Positions 24,583 to 36,980 of a DNA stretch of 52,189 nt are shown piece after piece; within the stretch, counting starts at the first letter, position 1; each line of letters starts with the position of its first letter. Source of the DNA: Chara braunii (lineage: Eukaryota > Plantae > Charophyceae); the NCBI GenBank assembly GCA_003427395.1, contig BFEA01000041.1, positions 4,372,345 through 4,424,533 of the forward strand, written 5' to 3'. The notes below the pieces were generated by a model. The model was given only the letters and a program-made list of their open reading frames with translations, made no database searches and was not told the origin of the DNA. A program made the position numbers and the translations under genes.

Positions 24583-24688
24583 ACCTTCTTCACCCCGAAT
24601 TCAACGAAGTTCAATATAGCTGTATTGGTGTATCTTTCAGTCTAAATACAGCTATAATGACCGAACGTTGTATTCGGGGGAAGAAGGT
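24583..24688. mobile_element. Tc1/pogo-like MITE related to 22988-23094
   Basis: CCTTCTTCACCCCGAATTCAACG / CGTTGTATTCGGGGGAAGAAGG-TA. Confidence 0.65.
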
Positions 24689-25232
24689 AGTACACGGAGT
24701 ACACATTTGATCTTTTGGTCGAAAGGTTGAAATGGGTACAGCAGGGGCACAATCTACAAAGATGGGACGCTGGACCTGGATTCCTGCAGTTGTTGCTCCC
24801 CCTTCCTCCGGTAGACTGGAGCCATCCTTCGCCAGCGAGACGTGGTAGATTTATCACTGCCACTATGATAGTGGCCTGGCACAGCTATGTTTTTTTTTTT
24901 TTTTTTTTTTTTACAGTGATTCTTTTTTTATTTTAAAGAAAGGTATAGACTAATAGATAGATGAATCTTGTCTGCTGGCTTGAGAAGCCAGCCCATTGAG
25001 ACCTTCTTGATCGGGCATCCAGACAGGCCGTCTAATGCCTCCCTCTTCTGTAGGAGAAGCGGAGGAAGCATCTTCACTCAAACCTTGGCGTTCCATTTAC
25101 TCTGGTCCTTTGTCCGTCTCCTCTATAGATAAGACTTGAAGAGTTCAAAAAAAAAAAAAAGGCTTGAAGAGTTTTTTTTTCTTCTTTTCTTTTTTGCCCA
25201 CCTTTGGTTCCCCCCTTCCTCCCCGTCTCTTT

Positions 25233-25331
25233 AAATTGGACCATGTCTCAATTTATGCGTCTCGTTCTCCTACAGGGGCGATGCTAATTTTCTCTGTGAC
25301 GTTCCACATTCAACCCATGTCCCACAGGGAC
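25233..25331 (-). pseudogene. U6: Diverged full-length U6 snRNA pseudogene
   Basis: Reverse complement reads GTCCCTGTGGGACAT...GGAACGTCACAGAGAAAATTAGCATCGCCCCTG...ACGCATAAATTGAGACATGGTCCAATTT. Confidence 0.8.
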
Positions 25332-25970
25332 GGGACCACATGGGACTTTTTTCTCCTTCTAAACACCTTCACATTTCGAATCCGAGACCGACGGGATCAC
25401 AATGATGCTTTTCGACTATTGAAATGCTACTTTGAGAGAGGCATTTTCTTGAAAAAAAAATAAAGAAAGAGAAAAAAGACGGTTTCCAACCCTTCGCTCT
25501 TTGCCCGCGAAAAAAAAAAAAAAAAAAGATCTTCTGCCTGCGCTACCATCGAATTTCTGTCTTTCAGTGATCTCTTCAAAACTTTTGCAAAGCAACGAGT
25601 ATTGATCTTTCCTTGATTTTTTTCCCCTTCTGAATAGCCATTTTTATCTCCGACTCTCGAGATTTTATTGCGAGTACTATTCATTTTTCATTCCCTTTTT
25701 TTTTTTTTTTTTTTTTTTTTTTCCGTTCTTGGCGAGGGCTAACCGTGCGTGCGCTTTAGCCATATCCTGCGACGGGGATGTGTACTTCTAAAACAAAGAA
25801 AAGAAGTAGAACGAAGAAAATATACACTACGCATATCCATTGATGATTCATCAATGAAGCTGTTGGAAAGCCTTGACGAAGAGAGACGCGGAGAAAGAGA
25901 GCGTTCATTGATTAATGCCTTTTTTTAATTACTATTTTTTTTTAAAAGCGATCCTGTCTATCTTATCGTG

Positions 25971-25993
<23 letters not shown>

Positions 25994-26001
<8 letters not shown>

Positions 26002-26041
26002 CCATTTCTCGATTTATGCGTGTCATCCTTGCTCAGGGGCC

Positions 26042-26073
<32 letters not shown>

Positions 26074-26091
26074 ACGGATGTCCCGAAGGAC
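25994..26091 (-). pseudogene. U6: Near-intact U6 snRNA copy, probably a retrocopy
   Basis: GTCCTTCGGGACATCCGTTAAAATTGGAACGATACAGAGAAGATTAGCATGGCCCCTGAGCAAGGATGACACGCATAAATCGAGAAATGGTCCAAATT followed by ~23 A rather than a T-run; CACGAT on both flanks; no recognisable USE/TATA upstream. Confidence 0.9.
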
Positions 26092-26616
26092 AATCGTGGT
26101 CTTTCAGTCTAACTCACTGACCAACTTCTGTTCCTTTGTTTTTACTGTTTATTCTTGATTTTTTGGCCTCGAGGAAGGAGTGGTGATAACGAGAGCGTTC
26201 AGTGATGTGCACTGTTTGACGAGCAGCCTGATAGCTCTTGACAAGCAGCCAGATAGTGAAAACAGTGGCCACAGACTGCCTCTCTTACAAGCATCGATAG
26301 ATATGCATTACTTCTCCGCATGTACAGTTCTCAGTATGCCAGATAGCGCCAAACGAATTGCCGTAAATGACCACCTGTTTCCTTTTTATACTATTTATTT
26401 TCGATTTTTTTGCCCCTGAGGAACGGAGTCGTGAGAAGGAGAGCGTTCAGTATGTGCATTGTTTGACTAGCATGTGCATTGACTGACCATCAGCGAGATA
26501 GCTCCAAAGAGATTTTGCCGGAAATGACAAGTTTCCCTCTTTATCTGGATCTTTCCTCTGTCAAGAAGATCATTCCGCGCTACAAGGATCTTCCCTTCTG
26601 TGTGGATCTTTCTGCC

Positions 26617-26776
26617 TCTCTCTCTCTCTCTCTCTCACACTCTCTCATTTTCACTCTCACAGTCTCAGTCTCTCACACCCTCTCACACTGTCTCACAGTC
26701 TCTCACATTGTCTCTCACATTCTCACATTGTCTCTCACATTGTCTCTCACATTGTCTCTCACATTGTCTCTCACAT
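26617..26776. repeat. (CT)n and ACATTGTCTCTC-type minisatellite
   Basis: Seen directly. Confidence 0.85.
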
Positions 26777-27279
26777 TCTTCCTACTCTCTTTGACACTCC
26801 CTCTCCTCTCTCTGTTGTTCCACTTCTTACCTCCCCCCTCCCCCCTACCCCCCTACCCCCCACTTTCCTCCACTTTCAAATCCCTTTATTTTATTATTTT
26901 CCAATTTCTGGTCCTGGTGAGTTCCCCTTGATTTGCTCCATTTCCACACTGGCGTTTACCTGGCATCCATCCCGATGTCCATCCTCACATGCCGATTTAA
27001 GATCAACGGTGCTGCGGATTTACTAAGATCAACTGTGCTTCTACTAAAAAAGACCAAGAAAAGAATCTCGAAATACAAAACATGAACGATCGATAGAAGG
27101 TGCTGTGGGGAATCACTGACACACTAATCTGATTGTTTTTTTTTCTTTTTTTATTTATGTATATTTGCTATTTTACTAAGGTTATCGCATATGTTTTTTT
27201 TGTTTTTTTTGTTTTTTTTTGGTTTCTTCAGATGGATGGCCCGTGTCTCGATATTCGAAAGAAAAAAGTTCAAAAAACT

Positions 27280-27372
27280 AAATTTGACCGTCTCGAGTTA
27301 TGCGTGTCATCCCTGTGCAGAGCCCGTGGATTACTTCTGTGATCGTTCCAATTTTAACGGATGTCCTCAGAC
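27280..27372 (-). pseudogene. U6: Diverged U6 snRNA pseudogene
   Basis: Reverse complement reads GGACATCCGTTAAAATTGGAACGATCACAGAAG...TGCACAGGGATGACACGCATAACTCGAGACGGTCAAATTT, followed by a T-run. Confidence 0.8.
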
Positions 27373-27469
27373 GTTGTTATCCCTTGGTATTCCACAACTA
27401 CAATGGATATTACAAATTCTCAACAAGAGTTATTTGTATTGTGCTGCCAATTGTCTAATCCCCTCCAAC

Positions 27470-27538
27470 GGGCCTAGCTCGGTTGGTATACGCATGAACT
27501 ATTGAAATACAGACTTGAGTTCAAATCCAAATGACCTC
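27470..27538 (+). pseudogene. tRNA-like remnant (tRNA pseudogene or SINE head)
   Basis: A-box TAGCTCGGTTGG and B-box GAGTTCAAATCC at tRNA spacing; stems are degenerate and the anticodon cannot be assigned. Confidence 0.5.
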
Positions 27539-27854
27539 AGACGAGTAAACAACTCTGAATTTACCTGGGGCTGGTCAGTTTGAAGATGATATCTCAAGGC
27601 CATCGTCCTTCAGAAAAAAAAGAAGGAAGAAAGGAAAAAAGGAAAAAATCTCCTCAGCGAGACGGTTTCGCACATCCATCATTTTATCTGAAGGTCTTTT
27701 TTTTTTTTTTTTTTTTTTTTTCCCAATACTACAATGGATGAACGAGCGCCTGTGAGCGCCTGATTTGTATCCACGTCGTTCACTTTTTCTCATCAAGTGC
27801 AACGATGATCGATTCGGTTTCCGGGCGAAAAAAGGTAGAAAATGGGATGTTGCA

Positions 27855-28125
27855 CCTATGCTACCAGCCGGGCCGCCCGGGTCGCCCTATTTTCCCGGGC
27901 GGCCCGGCCGTGCAGCGACCAGGGATGGTCCCAGCCAAAAAAAAATTAAAAATTTTAAAAAATCCGAAAAAAATTATGTTATGCAGAAAAATGAACTGAG
28001 AAAATTTAAAATAAGAATTTAAATTAAAAAATATTTTATTTATTTATTTTCATTTATTTATTTTTACTTTTAATATCTTTTTGGCCTGGCCGGGCAAGTG
28101 GATCCGGCCCACTCTGGTAGCCTAG
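27855..28125. mobile_element. Non-autonomous TIR element (CTA(T/G)GCTACCAG termini), hAT-like
   Basis: CTATGCTACCAG / CTGGTAGCCTAG; GC-rich CCGGGC subterminal motifs; partial ATGTTG flank duplication. Confidence 0.55.
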
Positions 28126-28152
28126 ATGTTGATTTAGTAATAGTTATAAGCC

Positions 28153-28246
28153 GGACATAACTTCAAATTCGAACGATACAGAGAAAGAAGACGAGGATGG
28201 CCCCTGCGCAAGGATGACACGCGTAAATCGAGAAATGAGCCAGATC
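28153..28246 (+). pseudogene. U6: Diverged U6 snRNA pseudogene
   Basis: GAACGATACAGAGAA...ATGGCCCCTGCGCAAGGATGACACGCGTAAATCGAGAAATG with an A-rich tail. Confidence 0.85.
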
Positions 28247-28850
28247 GAAAAAGAAGAAAACCCGACGTACTTGCAAAACGTCATACGACGATGATCGATT
28301 GTTATCTCACCAATACAACGAGCGAGGGATGTGCGTGCAAAGGTGGCATTTTTTTTTCTTTTTTGACAGTTAGACATGGCACGACACAGAAGACGGCAGA
28401 ATGGAGGAATGATAGGAGGAAAGGTAAGGCAGGCTAAGCGGAAGGCGAAGTGGGAGAACACAGAAGACGGCAAGCAATTGAAGGAGTCAACGAGAAGAGA
28501 ATGCTGGTAGTAATCAATGAAAAGCTGAGGGAGGAGAGAGATCTAAGGTAGAAAGTCCATCATTTCGATGATGGTGGGAGCTTGGTACATAGAGACGGAG
28601 AGAACACAGCTTGGCAATGGTTAGGAAAGATTCCATTCTATAAGCAGTGATGACGAATTGTGAAAAAAAAAAAAAGAAACAAAGAAACAAAGAAATAAGT
28701 AAAGGAATTGGCGGAAGAACTTGCTACGGACGAAAGGAGAATAGGCAAGGAGGGAGAATGGTCTAGGAGGGAGGAAGAGAACTGAGGGGGATTGAGGGAG
28801 CGAACAGGGGCTGCACATCTAAGGGAGATATGGTGTAAGGGGGCAAGGAA

Positions 28851-29517
28851 GACAGGCAGAGGCAGTGGGAGAGGGAGAGGGAGAGGGAGAGGAAAGGGGA
28901 GGGCACACATCTATGAGCGTTGATCTCTGAATGACGTATTCGTATTGCTGTGACTTGCAAACGCCCAAAAAAGAAAACGAAAAAAAAAAGCCATGTGAAA
29001 GGGGATACTCACACCTGGATGTATCTGACCCGAATTCTATGACGACCTGGTCCTTGTTTCCGAGTCATTGAAAATTTGTATTAACATAAAAACAGCAGTA
29101 AGAAGAGGAAGCACAAAGGTATGTAAACTGTAAAATATTGTTAAGGTTGATTGCCCAACACTCACGCTTCCACAAAACAATTCTACTAATGAGGATCCTA
29201 CTATAGGACTTGCTTCCCGTACACCATTCACAATTTTTACTGGCCCCTATGAGCGTTGATCTCTGAGTGACGTATTCGTATCCTGGGGTTTGAAATGGGA
29301 AGACAGGCAGAGGCAGTGGGAGGGGGAGGGAGAGGGCACACATCTATGAGCGTTGATCTCTGAGTGATGTATTCGTATCCTGGGGGTTGGAATGGGAATG
29401 CTGTGGCTTGTAAACACCAAAAAGAGAAAAGGAAAAGAAAGAAAAAAAAAAAAAACACAAGGGAAAACACTCGGACTTTCCTGGATGCAGCTGACCCGAA
29501 TTCTACGACGACCTGGA
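28851..29517. repeat. Segmental tandem duplication flanking the petB insert
   Basis: CTATGAGCGTTGATCTCTGA three times; GACAGGCAGAGGCAGTGGGAG twice; CTGACCCGAATTCTA.GACGACCTGG twice. Confidence 0.85.
29052..29246 (-). pseudogene. petB: Nuclear plastid DNA (NUPT): 3' fragment of cytochrome b6
   Basis: [58 protein letters not shown] versus Pet[59 protein letters not shown]; AT-rich, plastid-like codons. Confidence 0.93.
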
Positions 29518-29690
29518 TGCATCTTATGGCAATTACGTCCAGACCTTAGTCCAAAAAGTCCTGGTGTGAGTACGCTCTAAGCTGAGGCCAAGCCGCCAGA
29601 AAGAATCCGAGAGCCCTTCCCACCAATAGACCCGAGCTTTGTTTTGAAAAAAGTTCAAAAAACGGGAAAAAAAAACAATCACCAGCCTTG

Positions 29691-30465
29691 GGGCCTCAGC
29701 CCACTAGCACCGCTTTAAACAGCCCTGTGTGACACAGTTTTTGCCTTAAGAAAATGCTTTTTGGCATTTGTTGACATTTTTTGCAAAAATGAAATGGGGA
29801 TTTTAATAGTGAAAAAAAAAAGAAAAAGAAAAAGAAAAAGAAAAAGAAAAAGAAAAAGAAAAAGAAATGCAGAAGAAATTAACCGCTGCATCCACCTCTC
29901 CAGTACATTGGAGCCAGCACATTCCTCTGGTGCATTTTGTCAGAACATGATGAATCTTCTAGAAGATCTCTGCTTCTCTGTTTTTTCCTTGGCCGTTTGA
30001 TGTAGCTGAAACACTGTAGGAGAATTTGGGGGGGTGGGGGGGTGGGGGGGGGTCAAAATCTGAACTCTCCTACAATGAGTTCCCAAATTTCAAAAGTCGT
30101 TAAAAAATCCAAAGCGTGTAGGGTACATAGGCAAAACATTTCGTTTTTGTTTTTTTGGTTTCTCAATGAAAAAGGGACGTGCGCAAGATTCCCCCCCCGA
30201 TTGACTGCCACTGGCTGTCACAAGGGGGGAGGTCCCTCTAGCAAAGAGTATTGGATTCTACACGTGAATCTGGTCGTGCTTGTGGAGAGGTGCAGAAAAT
30301 CGTGATTTTTCTGCTTTTCTGCACCTCTCCACAAACCCATCCAGATTCATGCCTTAAATCTAATTCTCTGAATTTCTCTGTGCCAGTGGGACCTCGCCCC
30401 AGCTGCCACACGTGGTCGCAAAACTAACTTGCACCGTTTAAAACAGTGCTAGTGGGCTGAGGCTC
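29691..30465. mobile_element. PIF/Harbinger-like non-autonomous element with nested MITE
   Basis: TIR GGGCCTCAGCCCACTAGCAC / GTGCTAGTGGGCTGAGGCTC; flanks TTG/CTG; contains (AAAAAG)n. Confidence 0.75.
30225..30399. mobile_element. MITE family B (nested)
   Basis: Colinear with 19064-19230; right flank CAG. Confidence 0.8.
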
Positions 30466-32259
30466 CTGCTTACCAGGTGGCCTGGCATTTGTCAGTTGGT
30501 CCACTGGATTGACAATCCAACTGGCATTGGTTTCTTATAACTTTTTGAATTTTAATCTCTATCTGCAAGGCTTGGCCTTTTTTTTTTTTGTTCAGGAGGN
30601 GATGGTGTTTATAACCTGCCCGAGAATATAACTTGGGGTCTACCCCCACTTAGCGCAAGGGGGATCCATCTACTGGTGGCGAGAGACACCTGCTGACAAC
30701 TGGGGTTAGTGTTCCGAAGTTCGACAAGAATCACAGACTCTGAGGTAAAAATAAAATAAAATTGGGGTAACTTCAGTACAGTCACAAAACAGTTCAAAAT
30801 TACATTTCGGGCGTTCCCCCGAACATAACACACCCCCACGTAACCCTACCTGACGGAAAAGCTAGCTTGTATACATTGTCCAAAGTCCGATTTGAAACTG
30901 ATTTTTTTGCCCGGAGTGTAATTTCAAACTCCTTTTGTGACCCCCACATAATTTCCGGAATAAAATAGTTTCCCGAATAAAATAACATAAAATAAAATTT
31001 CCACGGAGGCTCAGAGACATTTCTGCCGGCCTGTGGACCTCTTTAGTTTGCAAGCGAGCAGAACCTGAGATCCAAAGCCCTTAAGCCCTGCGCAGGAATA
31101 GGAGTTGTTCTCCAGATCACACTGCAAGGCTAATCTGCAGAGCATCAGTAGTGGGGAACATCGCTCCCTTAATGCATGAAGCATTCTCCCATCCCTTCGC
31201 CGCTCCCTTGGAGTCTACCACGCTCCCTGATAGGGTTTCGATGGCTTCCTTGTCTGCGATCAACAACGACAAAACTCTGGCTTTCTCTCCTTTCCGAGGA
31301 GTAATTTGAAGGGTTTTTTGTTTTTTCACACTCGGAAGTCGTTGGATGAAAAAGTATGGTGGGTTTTGGGATCCTGCGTTACCATCTTTCCACGAACACC
31401 ACTCTCACTGATAAGGAAAGGTATACAAGCGCTCTTTCTGGTCTAGTGCAGTCAAAATGAGGGTGCATAGGTAGGCTTGGAGGCGGAGGTCACCTGACAG
31501 TCCCTAGAGAGAATGCGACCCACCCTTGTGGTGAGGACTGTGGGGTGAGTCAGTTTAGTAAAGGGATAATGGGCTCAGCTCCGAGCCGTACTCGCTTGTC
31601 TCTGGGAAGGATGCTGGACCCGCTGTGCAGCAGGTGTGACTCCCCACCAGTAGAAAAGAGCTTCATCTTTTCTGAGAAATGAAAATCTGATGATTGGAAA
31701 TGGAATCGCGGGCCTTCCTGCCATTACTGCAGTATAACGTTTGTGAAACCACCAGTACATTTCCCAGCTATTTCCTTCCAACGTGGCAGTTAGCACGCCC
31801 CTAAATTGCAGGTCGGGCCTACTGTAACGAAAAGGCTGGTGGTGCCAGGCAAATCGTATGTTGTGCCAGTTGGCCTGGAATTGGCACGGGACAAAAATCT
31901 TAAGGGGGAAAACAAGCTTGGATGGACATATGATTTAAATGGACTGTGGAAAAAAACTGTAAAATCCAAAATTATTTGGTCGTTCACTGATCGGGGTGCA
32001 CATGCAGTGTCAGGTCACAGGTGTGCCATGATTGTCAGCCGTGCAGATTTCATGATCTTGACGGCTGAGAATCATTTGCCTCAGGTGTGAGGATGTTTTT
32101 TTTTCCCTTTGTTTTGAAAGAGGAATGATGTGTTTGTCTGCCAAACTCTCTTGTTTCTTGAATGATATGTTCGTCTGCCAAAACTTGTGTGCATGCTCCT
32201 TCCGAATGTTCGAAGGAAAATATTTTCTTGTGTCGACAGCCGAAGGTGCTGCAGTACAA

Positions 32260-32425
32260 GGGCAAGATCCCACTAGTAAAGAGGCTTGGATTGAATGCCT
32301 GAAAGTGGATGTGTTGGTGGAGCTGTGCAAAATATGGAGATTGATCTGGTTCTCCGCATCTCTGCATAAAACACAACCAGATTCAATCGCTTAATCCAAT
32401 CCTATTTGCTACTGGGACTTCACAG
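32260..32425. mobile_element. MITE family B, degenerate
   Basis: GGGCAAGATCCCACTAGTAAAGAGG...ATCCAATCCTATTTGCTACTGGGACTTC. Confidence 0.75.
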
Positions 32426-33061
32426 AAGCTATTTTTTGCTTTCTTGTTTTAGAAAGTAGAGAATGGTAAGCAGCATAGTTGCACTATCGTCTTCGCTTGA
32501 ATAGAGTGCCTGGTCATTACTGCTGTGTCTAGACTGAAAACACATATATAGCTATAATGCCTGGGCATTCGATTCGGGTGAACATGGTCGTCATTCTTAC
32601 CTCACAAAGTTGCTTTGTCAGGTTTGGTGGTCAGGCAAACGTTGACTTGGTGGGATCTTCCCAGAGTGAAACCACCAGTACACGGGCCCCAGCCTTGCAG
32701 AAAGATGTTGTCACCACCAACTTCAGATTCGGGGCCGGGCGGGGCAGGGCGCCGTAGAAAAATTGGCGTTCCGAAGTGGTACCGGTGTCAGCCTGACACC
32801 TGCGGCCGATGTATGGTGTACTGGGGATTTACGGGGATTCGATGGGTTGAGAAGTCAGACTGTGCCCAGTTTTCTTGAAGGACAAAGCCAGACTGAAACA
32901 CAGTTTTGCGGTTTTGGAAGGCAGGCCAGTCAGGGCATACTCTTAGGGCATGGTCACACTCAGGACTTTTTCTGCTAATTTCTGGAGGCTATTGCAGTCA
33001 GATACATCCAGTTCGGCTGTAATTGTGGGCAGACACATTTAGGAGAGTGCTAGTGTGAGTG

Positions 33062-34200
33062 TTTTTTTTTTTTTTTTTGACACAACGCAGACACAGCCCC
33101 TTCTATTCTGGGGGCACCAGTCCTGTTACTTGTACCCGGCAAGCATATGAAAAGAAATGATAGAGAACAGTTAAGCTGAAGCAAACAAGAACCATCGGGA
33201 GGGGGATGGTAAGCAGAGGTTGCAGCCAACCGGGAGACACCCCTTGGTACCCGATCATCCACACAGGGGCATTGCAAGAACAGGTGGAGGAATGTCTCAT
33301 CGCGGTCACAGCAGATCTTGCATTTGGTTTCCTTGTTGCAGGTTCTTGTGGCCAACCATTCCAATGTGGGGACGGCAAGATGCACGGCCAGCCGAAGTAG
33401 GCGTGCTTGCCTTTGGTCTGTCAGAGCACAGAGCGTAGACCAGAAGGCCTTCCATTCCTGGGTCGTTCACAGATGGTGCTGCAGGGCTCGCAGCCATCCT
33501 CGCTTAGGCCTTCCATTCGTGGGTCGTCCACAGATGGTGCTCCAGGGCTGGCAGCCATCCTCGCTTTGCCCACCTAGTGTGCAATTCCAACCTAGTATCA
33601 TACTGCGGGCGCTGAGCCAAGTATAGCACCTTGGTAGTGGTCTGATGCAGGGTATGTCTCCTGTGCAGGCTGGCCTGCGGGGTGACATCCCAGTTGGGGG
33701 GGTCCACTTCCATGCCCTGTGCCAGGGTGGCAATGTGGAACAGTCTCAGTGGCACAGGCTGCGCTCTGCCCCTGTCCCGAAGCACCACTACTGAATACAC
33801 GTCATCATGGCTCAAGTGGCACAGGCCTCCCACCGGTAGTTGCAGCGGCTCCCTCAAGGTGACAGTAGCGTCCTCTTTGTCGTTTTCCACCCGCCACAGT
33901 TGGCTCTCATAGCCTATCTGACGGTCCCCTCCCATTATCCTGTGAGTATTGCTCCCAGACAGTAGCACACACATTGCCTATTGTCATGAATCTGTCTCAA
34001 AAATAGAGAATTTTTTTTTGCATTGAGTGCCCACAAAATAATTTCGCCTATTTCTGGGCAGGCTGTTGAACATTTGATGAGTGGAGAAATGGGATTGAGA
34101 GGTAGAGCTTGAAGTGTGACTGGCTTGGCCACAAGCCCTTGCGACCCCTTATTCGTGATCCGGATTTCTTCCATGTGCCGTTAAAAATGTAGCAGTGCGG
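33062..34200 (-). mobile_element. 3' portion of a non-LTR (L1/Tx1-like) retrotransposon
   Basis: WKAFWS.L......RLLRLAVHLAVPT..W......CKICC..DETFLHLFLQCP is a zf-RVT-type C-terminal zinc finger; poly(A) at 33062-33078. The upstream boundary is uncertain. Confidence 0.75.
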
Positions 34201-35418
34201 GCACAAAATTGGATTTTTTTTGGCTGGTGGTGCCTGCCTTTTCTGTCTTGTAGGTCAAGCCTCCACGCCTATGGCGGTTTCATTGCTGGTTCAAAACAAA
34301 ATAACCAAGAGAGGTACTGGCAGTTTAAATTTTCACCAAATTAGTGGAAAAGGTCCTAGGGTGTGTAGGCCCTAAGACTCAAAAGGCTGTAGGACAGTGA
34401 AAAAAAAAAAAAAAAAAAGTCTGGAAGAGTACGTGAAAGCTATGGGCAGTGATCTTGCGAGATTGGGGGAAAAAGAAGGAAGAAAAGAGTCTATGAGGAA
34501 AGAAAGAAAAGAAGAAGAACCCCAACGGCTACTGAATGGATTGTGCATAAGACCCAGAAAGGCTACTCAATCACAACTGGAGAAAACCGTGGAAATAGCT
34601 CAGACCATGAATGCTGCCGGAAAACACAGAAACAAAACAGAAATATAAAAATGTCAGCAATGACATTTGGGGGCTATGTCCCACTAGCTGGGCTTTGTCT
34701 TCCTTTTGAGTATTTTTCAATATGGCCAGAGTGGGCCTGTGAGATGTTCGGATAGGATCGCAGGCCCTCCAACCGGGGACCACTTGCAAGGGCTGCTTTT
34801 ATCACCCATGCAAGTGACCGCCCCGCCTCATTGAGGTTTTTATGAAAAAATAAAACGAAATAGAAAGGAATGGATGTGTGCTCGAAGCCAGTGGTGGATA
34901 AATATCTCATGCAGGGTTGTCACCTTTTCCTTTCTTCCTGTTTTTGTTCTCGTCTTTCTTTCTTTCTTTTGTTCTTGTTCTTTTTCTGTTTTCAATAACA
35001 AACATCGAACCTGGGAGTTCCAGTTCCGGGGGTGATAAAAGCATCGACCTAGAGTAGGGACGCGTCATTTTGGGATGGCTCTTATCTGTCTGTCGGGAGT
35101 TGAACCTGCTGGAAACTGGGTCCAGCGTCACAGGCCCAACCTTGTGGAAAAATTTTCGTTGCCACTCAGAAAATTTTGCGGCTTGGGCCTAGTGCACCAC
35201 AACGGCTGGCGGTGTAAGCCGAAAAAGAGAAAAACTGCACTGCTAGTGGTCTGGAAAAGCCTGGCGTGCAGTGCAGTGCGGTGCCTCCAGGCCCGGGTGC
35301 ATTGGTGGTTTTGTTTTACCATAAAAGATTTACACATCTGGACTCGGCAACGAAGGCCAAGATAACAATCAGCTTTTTGGAACTCCTCAATCAGGAAGTG
35401 AAAAAGGAAAACCGCCCT

Positions 35419-35538
35419 GGTGGTGAATGGGTGTGGATTTCCATTTTCAGATGGGTTGTTGAGAGCATGAAATATAGTCGTGGTGAATGGGTGTGGATTT
35501 CCATTTTCAGATGGGTTGTTGAGAGCATGAAATATAGT
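35419..35538. repeat. 60-bp perfect tandem duplication
   Basis: TGGTGAATGGGTGTGGATTTCC...GAAATATAGT twice. Confidence 0.9.
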
Positions 35539-35604
35539 TGTATAGTTTTTGCTGATTTTGCACTACTATGCAAAATGTTTCAACATCAAATTTACTGTCT
35601 TCAC

Positions 35605-35678
35605 CGCTAGAGGGAGGGCTTGAACCTCCGACCTTATGGTTAACAGCCATACGCTCTAACCAACTGAGCTACTCCAGC
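35605..35678 (-). tRNA. tRNA-Asn(GTT), nuclear, intact
   Basis: GCTGGAGTAGCTCAGTTGGTTAGAGCGTATGGCTGTTAACCATAAGGTCGGAGGTTCAAGCCCTCCCTCTAGCG; all stems pair; anticodon GTT; upstream CAA; T4 about 30 nt downstream. Confidence 0.96.
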
Positions 35679-36295
35679 TGGTTGGAGTAATCTTCCGACA
35701 TTCTTCCTATACAAAGGATATTGTTCATCAGTCGTTCAAGTGGGACTGCGTTGTTCGAATAATGTAAAATATTTTAGTGTCCTTTACTCTTCTTGTGTTC
35801 TTTTTTTTAAGACTTGTGCCCCCATGGGCGAGGGTTGATCAGAACATATACTAGAATTGATCTTAGCCAAAAGGCCGATAGCCAAAAGGCCGAGAAAAGT
35901 CCTCTGCAGAATCAAAAGATCAGCGGCTGATTTGGGGATTCTGCGATTATAACGGCGCTGATTTGGCTGTGGGATTTTTTCACCACCCGTGAAAACTATG
36001 AATATGGGCCTCGCTGCACGGCGGCCAAAACAAAACGAAACGGAAAAAAAAAAGTTGTGAGGGCTCGCGGGGGCGCTAGTTTGTGTTTCCTTTGTTTTCT
36101 GCTGCATGGCCACAGAGAGCATGCGAAAGGATAACCAAAGAGTACGGAAAGGGGAAAAAAAAGAAAAATGAGTCTTGATCAATTGCAGAAACTTGCAAAC
36201 GACAATACTCTGCCTCGGACACACCTGCAAGGGTTCGCGAGAGTTGGCGGGCAGTTTGTGGTTCCTTGCAAGCTGTGGGATTTTTTCACCAGTGA

Positions 36296-36815
36296 GGGTC
36301 TCGTTAGACACTCCTAAAAGTGCCTGTTTTTAGGATTGCGTCTTGGTTGCACGCAATCCTAAATCCAATTTTTAGATCGAAAATGTGAAAACAGCGTTAG
36401 GACGAGTCCTAAAGGATTTAGGATTCCGCAGGTGAAATCGTCCTAAATTTTCCAGTAGCCCCCGACCTACTGAAAAATTTAGGATTCCCGTGTTTCACGG
36501 ACTCATTGCGTCGCACGTATGGCACCGTAGACACGGAGTTGCTGGTGCAGAAGCAGTCCGTCGGGTCAGTGGTTGGACATCGCCCACGAACGGTAGCCAT
36601 TGGCGGGGATTGGACAGACGTTGGCAGGAATGGATGGACATTGGGGACGCGACTGCGTATACGCATATGAAAACGAGCCGCGGGAGACCTTTTAGGACAA
36701 ATCCTAAAATACGATTTTTAGGATTGCTTGTAACGACGCCGCACGAAATCCTAAAAATCCTTTAGGACTCGTCCTAAAAATTTTAGGATTCTCTTAGGAG
36801 TGTCTAACGAGACCC
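36296..36815. mobile_element. PIF/Harbinger (Tourist-like) MITE, 520 bp
   Basis: TIR GGGTCTCGTTAGACACTCCTAA / TTAGGAGTGTCTAACGAGACCC; TSD TGA; subterminal TTAGGA/TCCTAA motifs; empty site visible in repeat copy 1. Confidence 0.93.
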
Positions 36816-36980
36816 TGACTCCTGAAAACTATGAATATGGGCCTCGCTGCACGGCGGCCAAAACGAAACGAAACGAAAAAAAAATAAAATTGCGAGGGCT
36901 CCTGGGGGTGCTAGTTTGTGTTTACTTTATTTTCTGCTGCATGGCCACACGGAGCATGCGAAAGGAGAACCAATGAGTAT

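Noticed and set aside
36310-36800. TTAGGA/TCCTAA motifs (and AACCTAA at 3830) as telomeric repeats
   Set aside because: They are dispersed subterminal motifs inside TIR elements, not tandem arrays.
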